DNA of 64,000 bases. Source: Octopus sinensis. Its lineage: Eukaryota. The notes beneath the pieces are model-generated. The model saw nothing but the letters and a program-made list of their open reading frames with translations, ran no database searches and was not told the origin of the DNA. Where the stretch lies: the NCBI RefSeq assembly GCF_006345805.1, contig NC_043008.1, forward strand, positions 61,380,001 through 61,444,000, given 5' to 3'. Positions 53,445-64,000 of the stretch are shown here, piece after piece. The translations under genes were made by a program, and so were the position numbers. Each line of letters begins with the position of its first letter. The stretch's first letter is position 1.

Positions 53445-54533
53445 CACAGTAGTACCTCGGTTTTGGAGCACCTCTGAGTACGCATCGTAGTTTTAATTTC
53501 TAGACCGGGTCGTGCGTTTGGTTCTTGAGCAAAGTACTTCATCTCATGTTCCTCTTCAATCATTTTGACATCTCACTCACGGACAACGTCCATTTGATGG
53601 AGAGAGTGAGCTAACGTGCTGCACGAAAATTTGATCCCTACAAACAATTCTCTTGTGCAGATCGTACGGCAAAAATCGGACCGCTTAAATGTATATATAT
53701 ATATATATTATATTTATATCAACTAAGAAGAGGGACTACAGAGACTATTTTTATACAATTAATCAACAAGGTGAAGATAGGCGGACCACAATCCTTAAAT
53801 CTCACTGTATCCGCTGAAATACTTTGTTTCTGATATACAAAAATATGCGATGGAAATGGTGCAACACTTTTTTCCTGTCTTGTACTGCATTCAGCAATAA
53901 ATCCGTGTTATATATATAATCACTCTCAGCATAAGAAATCAAGATTTTTGTATGTGAATATCCTCCATTTAAATTTATCTTGACTTGCAAGAGATATTAT
54001 AATGCACTTTTACTGACGATTTAAGAATTTCTGATATTCTATAAAATTGAAATACAAGTATTATTCTGCCATTGAATTGACTGGTATTATACATGTATTA
54101 GGATAAATATAATCCTTACTCAAATTCAATATGAAACTGAACCAATACTATGATATGTACGTAGTATATTCTAAATAACATAAGATTTAAGTTGTAGTGA
54201 TTTCGTTACAATGAATTCCATTAACACTTACTTAGTCGTCTTGAATAAGAAATATAGAATATTTATTTATCTGGATACTTATAGTCCTTCTAAGCTAAGT
54301 TATGAAAATATGTGCAGCTTCAAAATCTTCCTCTACATTCTAGATTCAGGTCCATTAATTTATATAACTAATGCTTGAAGAGATGTTTAACTTCTCTTCT
54401 TTAAATCTTAACAGTACATAAGATATATCAATTTATATATTTCTGTATGTGTAGGCATGTTTGAGTGTGTGCATACACTAAAGCAAAGACACACACGTAC
54501 ACTCGAAAAAATGCATATAAGAGTATATACACG

Positions 54534-54740
<207 letters not shown>

Positions 54741-54837
54741 GACAAAAACTGTCTGACGATTGGGAGCGTGAAACTCTGAGTAACAGCTTTTCTGATATCT
54801 TGCTGCTTTTCAATAAAGTATATATATATATATATAA

Positions 54838-55043
54838 TTAATCCAAACAAGAACGCACAAAAGATCCCAACAACGCGAGGACGTGGAACAAATATAGTAT
54901 TATTGGACGCTCAGGAAAGAAGGAAAGAAGGAGGGTTTAACGTTTCGAGCGGAGCTCTTCGTCGGAAACACAGGAGAAGGAAAGATCCAGAGAAGGGAAG
55001 ACAGAGGAAAAACTATCGCCAACGGTACACACGCGGCCACATT
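54838..55043 (-). mobile_element. Penelope-like pLTR fragment (family B)
   Basis: Homologous to 36556-36757; carries the hammerhead motif at 54935-54969; next to (TA)n. Confidence 0.65.
54935..54969 (-). ncRNA. Minimal hammerhead-like motif, CCGACGA core variant
   Basis: rc: GUUU CCGACGA A GAGC ucc GCUC GAA ACGU U AAAC; 4-bp stem I, 4-bp stem II, palindromic ACGU. Confidence 0.6.
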
Positions 55044-56454
55044 CTCACTCATGTGTATGTATGTACATACACACACACACATTCACAGGCACACTTACAC
55101 ACAGACACACACAGAAAAACACGCGCGCACACAGGCATAGGCATACACACATATAGTGCATGCGTGTGAGTGTACGTACACTGTCGATTCTCGTGTTCAT
55201 ATCCCTACGTGTACCAGATGCATCCCCCATTTAAGGAACAAACTTTATAACGTTGCGAAGTACTACTAACAAGTGTTAGCGTTGCTCCCTGAACTTCCTG
55301 TACGTTTCATATAACTAACTTAAGAATTAGAACCTTCTCATCAGACATAGGGATAACGCGATCAAATAACTTAATTGAACTCTTTATTTCATGAATTATT
55401 CACAAAACCTGTACTACTCTACACTCGCGTAGCCGTACTGGTATTTACAGATAGATTTTATTACATGTTTAATGACCCTGTACGAGCAACAACTTCAAAT
55501 ACATCGAAATATGTTGCCGTGAAACATGTTTCCAGTATTTATGAATGTACTTGCATATCAACATGCATATATACATGTATACATATATTTTTATACATAT
55601 TCACATATGTGTGGATTCTGATGTACGTATATATATATGTATACGAACATGCATCCGTAGAAGTAGTGTTATTGATAGAGTGTTAATATACGTACGTTAT
55701 AGACTGTAATGCAACACACGTACCTCAATATAAACAAAACTACAAAGATATTTACTGAAGCATAATGACCTCTAACTTGCACTTATACGTTCACATATAT
55801 TTTCACACAGGTACTTTAAAGAGATAAATATATATAGGGATATAATTACAAGTTAATTAGACTGTTTTACATCCACTTCCCTCGGTGGCCTGTGAAATTG
55901 TGTAAACTGAGTTGATCAAATGTTAAAAATATATATAATAAAAAAAAAACCAATCTAACTAAAAATATGACGAATGCAAAAAGAGAAATCACACAACTCA
56001 TATGAAATAACGTAAAACACATAATATAAAATATGAGATGAAACGAAAAAAGAAATTGCGCAAATAAACTTATATGGCCGGATTGAACTGAAAATTCCGT
56101 GAAATATTCTGCGTATGTAGTAAAATCTCAATTATGCTTTCAAATATTGATTTTCTTTCGAAGTCAAAAAAACTGGTTTATAACATTAAATAATCGATTT
56201 CACATTAAATTATATTTATTTGATTTTGTATCTGTTCATGGTTATATTTTCTTTGTGTATATTAAAAGTTTATTTTGTTTTTATTTTCTCAATTTCTGAG
56301 TATAATTTTTTTTTAATGTTTCGATATAAAAGTAGTATTATGAAGTTATAAATAGGTCGAGATTGGGGTGCGGTCACCTTAATTAGGCAAGTGCAACATT
56401 GCCGTAGTATTAAATTCTTTGAAATATCACTTATACTTTGATCTTCATTTACAA

Positions 56455-56605
56455 TCCACGTTCGGAGTTGACATGTCACCGACGACGGCTTTAGCTTTCA
56501 TCTTTTCGGGGTCGATAAAGTTAGCATCAGTTGAGCACTCTGGTCGATGTAATCGACTTTCTTCTCCCTTCAAAATCACTAGCTATGTACCAAAATTAAA
56601 TCAGA
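56455..56605 (+). mobile_element. Decayed Deu/Nin-like SINE
   Basis: GCTTTCATCTTTTCGGGGTCGATAAAGTTAGCATCAGTTGAGCACTCTGGTCGATGTAATCGAC. Confidence 0.6.
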
Positions 56606-57118
56606 TTAACTTGCATTCCTGTGAAAACCAATTGAACTATTTACAGTATATAACAGTAGATCGTTCTACAAGTGACACATCACAAAGTATCAGTACTACT
56701 CACCGATGTTTGCCTTTTTCGCTGCATTTACATGTTTCCAATATAGATGAATCGATTTCAGAGTAGTGAGAGCTACTATTTTCGAAGGTGAAATAACAAC
56801 AACAAAAACCTTTCAAAACTATAAAACAACAAAAACAAAATACTTTTCTTGGAAACACCTACACGTTAGATACAGAAAGAACTAACTACCAAAGGTAAAC
56901 ATATATTACCGCATACTCTAAACCCCACCTATTTTCTCCAAACGTAACACGATTTTAATTTTACAATATTTATACTCATCCGACTGCAGATAAGACTGAG
57001 TACTAGTATTATTCCTAAAAAAAAAACTTACAGAGTTCATTAATTAACTTCATGTACTCATTAAGTATCGTAACAATAAATATAACCTCAGACATATATG
57101 TGTGTATGTATGTATATG

Positions 57119-57162
<44 letters not shown>

Positions 57163-57194
57163 CATAAATATATATACGTGTGTGTGTGTATACA

Positions 57195-57510
57195 TTTGTT
57201 TCTGTCAGTAGGCTACGACCATGATGGGGCAAAGCATTGGAGAGTTTTAGTCGAACAAATCAAACCCAGAACGTAATATTTTAAAGCCTTGTACTTATTT
57301 AGTCAGTCTCTTTTGAAGAACTGCTAGGTTACGGAGACGTAAACACGTCAACACTGATTGTCAAACAGTGGTGTGGGAAAACCGCAAATAGAATCACACA
57401 CACACATACTTACACAAATTTATATCCGACATTTTTTTTTTCAGTTTCTGTCTACCAAATCTACCCACAAGTCTTTGCTCGGCCCTGGGCTGTAGTAGCA
57501 AGCTACTTAT
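57195..57510 (-). mobile_element. Decayed OR1-like SINE
   Basis: AGTCGAACAAATC...GCTAGGTTACGGAGACGTAAACAC...TTTCAGTTTCTGTCTACCAAATC. Confidence 0.65.
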
Positions 57511-58494
57511 CACACAGACATATATAAATGAATATACATGTGTATATGCATCCAAGCAGCAGGATCCTTAAGATTTAGGCAATTAATACAGTAACCCTTC
57601 AAGCAATTTTCTGGATAAATAAAGCTATAAGCCAAATAAATACCAACAATTTTTCTCATCAAATTGGATTTTATTTCTTCATGCAAGTAACCTCAGAAGA
57701 AGTGATTTAGATATATAGTTCTTTAATATCGTTTTACTAAGCAAAAAGTAAGTATTTTCATGTGAAGGTTCGTTATGTAATTGGTAAGTCGACTTCATTC
57801 TTTTTCATCTACATAGTTACATACATACAAAGACACTCTCTCACACACACACACACACACACATATGTGAGTATAAACAATTCTTCGAATTACTCTAACC
57901 ATCTTAAATATATTCTTGTTACAAATTATTGTATGTTGTTCCACAACGCTTGCCTTCATGCAATATTATATCTACATGAAATGTGTGTTTGAGTTAAACG
58001 GGTAGACTTCAACATTTTTTCCTAAAAACTTTTTCTAACCCAATATTCACATGCAAATATTTATAATTTTATATGAACATGGAAAATGAATTCCAGAAGT
58101 GAATTACATATTTTTTCGAATTTTCATAAAATGTTTATGACATCAACTAAAGTTTCTAAAATCGTTATAAAAATTCCAGAAACTCCTGGGTTACTATAGT
58201 AGAACGTTTACCATATATACAGGAGATGTGGGTTCGAGTTCCACGGTTAACAACCGATTTTTCTATTCAAAGTGGACTTACAATTCAATGCTTACATGCT
58301 ATTATTCATGGTTTTATGTGTCATTACAGAACGCATTCCACATAAGAAATATTTTGTGCTTATATCCATTTCTAATTTCTCTGTTTCAATGGGTTTGTAT
58401 ATCTCTTTTCAATTCTTAGTTTTAAAATCTGATCATTACAAAACCCTTTTTTAACATTGACTATCTTACACCTCCCTCTTTCACCCTTTCTTTC

Positions 58495-58745
58495 TCTTCG
58501 TGATCCGCTTAGTAACAGGTGCGTAAAGACAGCAACACCGGTTGTCAAGCAGTTATGGTTGGGGGAGGGGTGCAAACAGACACAGACATTGATATATGCA
58601 TATATATGCGATTGGCTTCTTTCAGTATCCGTCTATCAAGTCCATTCTGGGGGCTTTGGCCAGCTTAAGGCTATCGTAGAAGTCACTTGCCCAAGGTGCC
58701 ACGCAGTGAGATGAATGTGGAAACATGTGTTTGGGAAACAAGCTT
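58495..58745 (-). mobile_element. Decayed OR1-like SINE
   Basis: CCGCTTAGTAAC...GGTTGTCAAGC...GGCTTCTTTCAGTATCCGTCTATC...CTTGCCCAAGGTGCCACGCAGTG. Confidence 0.7.
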
Positions 58746-61700
58746 CATACGAACGGCCAGGAGCATATTAGTATGTACACATATATATGCATATATATAT
58801 TTGCACATAAATGTATACATGCATACCCACATACAGAGTGAGTGAGTGAGGGAGGGAGGAAGGAAGAGAGAGATGGAGAGAAGGCTCGTTTGTGATACAG
58901 ATCACAGAATCTATTTCTTCAAAATGCTACTAAAGAGATACTTGTTTGAAACGGGAAAATTTCCTTGTGCTTATCGCATACTAACTTAATATTAGACCTG
59001 GTCACACGTGGGACTTTACTAAATATCTTTCCTAAATACATTAAGAAATCGAATAATTTATTATCTTTAACTCTACACATTTTATTACATTTTCATTTGC
59101 CTATCTAAACCTTTTATTCAATTTGCTGCATTATATGAGGCTTATTCCATTTCTATCATTAATTACATTTTCAAACATTCTTCTAGTAGCAGTGAATATA
59201 TTTCTGTACATCTTATATGCAGCTCGCCCAATTGTCATATGCACAAGTCTTTTCCTAACCATCTTTTTTGCGAATTACTCGTGTATGATATTTCGAATAT
59301 AAAGCACATTTATAAAAGCACAAAATGCCAGCTATGACCACCAGGATCATCAATAAAATGGTCTACATTAATTGTGGCTTTTCCTTATGTAAGATATTAA
59401 GGCGTGATTTGTTAAAGAATTGGTTTATTTCTAGCAGATCGCTCAAACCTACAGATGTTTCGTCTTTCATTTCAGTGATGTTTGGGTTTAGCAATTGAAG
59501 TGGATATTTATAAAATAAAATCATTGGCCGTTGTGGATTTCATATTAGGAAATAGAAGACCCAATAAATTTCATATTTCTACAATATATATATGAAAGTA
59601 ATTCATATTTTGCTCTCTCTTTTTTTCCTATTCAATCGATATCTAACTAAATATACTGATAACGGGTCGTTGACTTAAATTCTGTGATTTTTTTTACATA
59701 TATATCTCAACGCGTATTTATAAAATATTTATTTCACATTTGACTACTGGAAACATTTCAACGTAGTTCAAGACATGATCGAGTTTGGCTATGGCATTTG
59801 AGAGAACACAAGATAAAGAAATATAGGGTAGCAATCGATTTCTTCTACAACAACTGAAAATGTTCTTTCGTATCATAAATTTCAGTACTGCAACTTATGA
59901 AAGCTCTTGTACCTAATACACGAACTTTGCGGCATGTTTTTTGACGATGCAGATCAGTTACAAGAGACTGCAAAACGCTCTTTATGTTCAAATGAATTCC
60001 AGTTAACAACACCGTTAGAAAATCAATTCATATCTTTAATCTTTTATTAGCAATTGGGGTGCAGTCATGCTTTTGCACAACCTTCGAGATTTCTTCGATT
60101 AAATCGAAATAACTACACATGGAAATCTGGGAATTGTTCTGTTCCACATATGAGGATGCAAAAACAACTAAATGCGGATGCTGAACCTACACATTCATTC
60201 AAAAATACACGACATATATGTACAGGACGAGATTTAGCGCAGATGAAATTAAATAATACACTTGCAAATCAATCGTACGTCTAGGGCCATCATAAATAAT
60301 AATTCACCATGGTACGGCATATTAAAACTAAACTTGGAACAGCGAAGTAAAAATGCAATATTTCTGAGTCGTACGCTCATGCCTACCTCTTTAGCATGTC
60401 TAAGGATATTTCCCCTAGCATTTTCCTGACGCAATAAAATGATCAGAGCACCATCACAAAAGAATTGAAATGGTATGGACTTATTGAATGTCAGGAGGAA
60501 AATATGGGGAGTTATGCTGTTTAATTGAAAACGACAACAAACAAGGTGATACACGTCATATATACCACCATATTTACACGGGTTTAAATACATAAAAATG
60601 GCTGTCAGTTTCGAAAGAATGTGGTTGGTTAACCTGTACTATGCTCTTAATAATATTTGTAGGACATATGCAATCCCAAACAGACACCCTTACGGCTTCT
60701 TGTCCTTGACCCTACTCCAAATTCAGAATGTAACAGGCAGATGGATCAAGGTCTACGTCATTTCCTGGATAGTTTAGTAGATCGTGGAAGAGTGATCATG
60801 ACCCAATTACACTTAGTAAGTCTATCATCCGTTGGCAGGGTCAATTTCATTCCAATGGTTAGCAAAAACCTATTTGAACAGTCAAAGGAGAGATTAATAT
60901 TTGGAGATTTATAATATTATCTCGTTACATGTATGAAGCTTTTATGTTGGGTCACAACGAAAATCCATCCTTTGATATAAAAATGTCAACAATAAATTTT
61001 CTACTTATTTTAAAGCTTTGTATGAAATGTCAAAATATGTTATTTCCACAGCGGCAATTTCTTTTTAAATACTTAAGCAATACTTGGTTGTAGTAAAATC
61101 AAACATCACGTAAATTGTAGTATATCGATTACACACGGCAGTTGGTGAATATATTCTAGAGTTACTCGTGAGCAATTCTAGGGTTCATCACTAATTATAT
61201 TCGCAACCAAAGTGAATTTTTTTTAGAAATGATGGCCCAGCCCTACATTACATTTTGAGATAAAATAACTGAAATTTGATGCATTAAAAAAACGTAGGTC
61301 AAAATATGAGGTCAAAAATGGAAGAGTAAGGCGAAAAATTGACTTTGCATCAAAATATCAAATTTATTTTAAAAGAAAAGTATAGATTAATTGATCTGAA
61401 GAACGATTTCAGTAACAAAAATCTTGGTGAAAATCTCGTTAAAAAGGATTATCTACGAAAACAAATAGTGTACCTTGAAGTGACGAAAAACAATGTAATT
61501 GTTGTAACAAATCAAAATACGTCTGTCATTTTAAGATATTTAGCGTTATAAAATACGATACCCGATGTCATGTGTTGTTTAGATTAATGCTACAATAGAC
61601 CTTACCGCAGTTGTTGGAGAAACAATTATCGACTCCCTATAGCCGCTTACAGGCCCCTTTCCCCCGTTCTCCATGGCTATTCAGCCAATGTTTGAAGCTA

Positions 61701-63189
61701 TTTTCACAGCGATTCTACATTCAAGTTCTCTTCAGATGAAAGCAGTCTTATTAGAAGGATCTTACGATGGAAATCATGTTGAAATATATTTGCTGCAAAA
61801 AGTGTTGTGTATCTCTTAGTGGTAAAACATAAAGGTGAATAGTTTAAGAAATCGAAATAATTTTGTATTTTCAAGATAAGAAATATTGCTTGAGCTCAAA
61901 TGAAACCTCATCTAAAAATATTAAACATAAAAATGTTATATTTTGTGATTTCACATCATTTTTATTATTCTAGTTACGTATTAAAATATGTAAATATTTA
62001 AAACACTAAAATAAAATCTTCATACGTTAAAAAGATATCATTAAATATTTAATTAAAATATAATATCATTTTATAATAAAAAAAAGTGATTAACAATAAA
62101 TTCATTTGTAACAGATGTGCCGCCATTAATCTTTTGCTATGTTTAAGTGCAAACAAATCTGCTAAGTCTAAACAAAGTTTTATTGAAAAAATATTTACAA
62201 AATATTATCATGCGTTCAGTTATGAAGGTAAACATAATTAATTATAATAATGGAAGAGTTACTTGGAAGAAACGCTTTCTCGGATGAAGAATATGGGCAC
62301 TGATCCTAGAATATTCTTAACTATTGAACCCGGAAAATAACTGAACAAGCATCAAAAGAATAAAAATTGCAGGCACAGATTACTAGAGAATTGCGATTTA
62401 TCTGAATATAATCTAATATATTTACTTAAAATTTTCTGTTTTATTTTCAGTATTATATTATAATTAAAAAAATTCTTTTTTCTTAAAACTACAAATATCC
62501 TAAACCATACATATTGTGGTATGAAATTAAACTCACGTAGAATATACGCAATTCAAAAGAGTAAAATGATGGAAAAGAATTAACAAAGGAATTAATTTCT
62601 TTAAAATTTGCATTATCAGATAACAAAGATAACAAAATATAAAGTATTTTCTTCTAATTTACACTTAGAAGTAAAAAACATAAAAGCTAATGACTAAATC
62701 GAGTGCAAAATATAAAAATATATCTCTACCTTTCTTGTAAAAACGTATTGCTATTTACGTAATTTTTTAAAATATGTTAATTTCTAATATTAAATTTGTG
62801 ATGTATAAATTAACAGGCAATTATCCTTTTAACTAAATTTGAAAGTAAATAGATTCTTCAGTATGTTAACGTTATGTAAAATATAAAAGGATATTTATTA
62901 CTGTTTTCCTTTTTAAAAACTTTTATTTAATTCTTTTTCAGAGAGGTTCATCCCATGACGATATTCTGGCATTTTGTGTAGGCATTTAAAGTTATATTAT
63001 CATAGTTTTACTCAACAACAAAGTATAATTACAGCATAATTACATATAATTACAGTATAATTCAAGCATTGTTTAACAATATATTTATTTTTAACAGATG
63101 TACTGCTGTTAATATTTTGTTATATTTAAGTGAAAACAAAATTTCTGAGTTTGAACAAAATCTTAAATTTTTAAAAATATTTACAGAAG

Positions 63190-63350
63190 CGCAGGAGTGG
63201 CTGTGTGGTAAGTAGCTTCCATACCAACCACATGGTTTCGGTTTCAGTCCCACTGCCTAGTACCTAGGGCAAGTATCTTCTACTATAGCTTTGGGCCGAC
63301 CAAAGCCTTGTAAGCGGATTTGGTAGACGGAAACTGAAAGAAAACCGCCG

Positions 63351-63434
<84 letters not shown>

Positions 63435-63628
63435 ATGATTGTGTCTGTTTCTCAACATCACCTGACAACCGATATCGGTATGATTATGTCCTCGTAAATT
63501 TGATGTTCGGCAACAGAAATCGATAGAATAAGTACTACGCTTACAAAGAATAAGTACTGGCTTCGATCAGTTCGACGTGCTCCAGCATTGCCGCGATCAA
63601 ATGACTGAAACAAATAAAAGAAAGAAAA
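63190..63628 (+). mobile_element. OR1-like SINE, near full length
   Basis: GCAGGAGTGGCTGTGTGGTAAGTAGC...CGATAGAATAAGTACTACGCTTACAAAGAATAAG...AATGACTGAAACAAATAAAAG. Confidence 0.9.
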
Positions 63629-63859
63629 GTATAATGTCTTTTAAATTATGAAGCTAAATATAATCAATTAAAATAATAAAAGCGTTTCCTGGAATAAACG
63701 CTGACTGGAATAAAAAATGCGCCGCAGAATCGTAAAAATATCCTTAAGTACTATAGATCTATATTTAAGAGATGTGAATTTATGTATATTATTTACATAA
63801 TTTACATTTGACGGATATTTGTCCTCATCTTGTTTGTTGTTAACACAACAATTCGGTTG

Positions 63860-63879
63860 ATATGATGAGGATGATGATG

Positions 63880-63926
<47 letters not shown>

Positions 63927-63927
63927 G

Positions 63928-63959
<32 letters not shown>

Positions 63960-63965
63960 GATAAC

Positions 63966-64000
<35 letters not shown>
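63860..64000. repeat. (GAT)n/(AAT)n microsatellite running off the window end
   Basis: Direct inspection. Confidence 0.95.

Noticed and set aside
59880-60600. Several 60-114-aa ORFs and a QHPHLVVF kinase-like snippet
   Set aside because: Both strands give equally plausible short frames; no diagnostic motif.
63805-63866. CATTTGACGGATATTTGTCCTCATC...ACAACAATTCGGTTGATAT, recalled as part of another hammerhead-bearing octopus repeat
   Set aside because: Truncated by a microsatellite before any CUGANGA half and identified from memory only.

Overview
AT-rich eukaryotic genomic DNA, dominated by microsatellites ((TA)n, (TATC)n, (AAT)n, (CA)n) and transposable elements. The SINE families look like octopus OR1/OR2 types, so the source is probably an octopod cephalopod (inference from recalled repeat sequences, no search run). 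Recognisable content: a 5'-truncated, inactivated Dong/R4-clade LINE sitting in an (AAT)n array with two further 3' fragments (19.56-23.09 kb); an RTE reverse-transcriptase fragment; two decayed mariner remnants; a small Tc1/mariner deletion derivative with ~65-bp TIRs; three Helentron/HINE-like elements; and about 20 tRNA-derived SINE copies in three families. No complete host gene can be called; a few isolated exon-like segments are flagged at low confidence. The most interesting structure is a 1.92-kb non-coding element (10771-12690) bounded by 233-bp near-perfect inverted repeats. Each repeat contains a minimal type I hammerhead ribozyme motif, and they enclose a strongly strand-asymmetric, internally duplicated body, suggesting a young non-autonomous Penelope-like or retrozyme-like element. 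Three more minimal hammerhead motifs with non-canonical cores lie in (TA)n tracts. A diverged fold-back array of a ~450-bp unit lies at 29.26-30.66 kb. Most ORFs in the supplied track are microsatellite artefacts.
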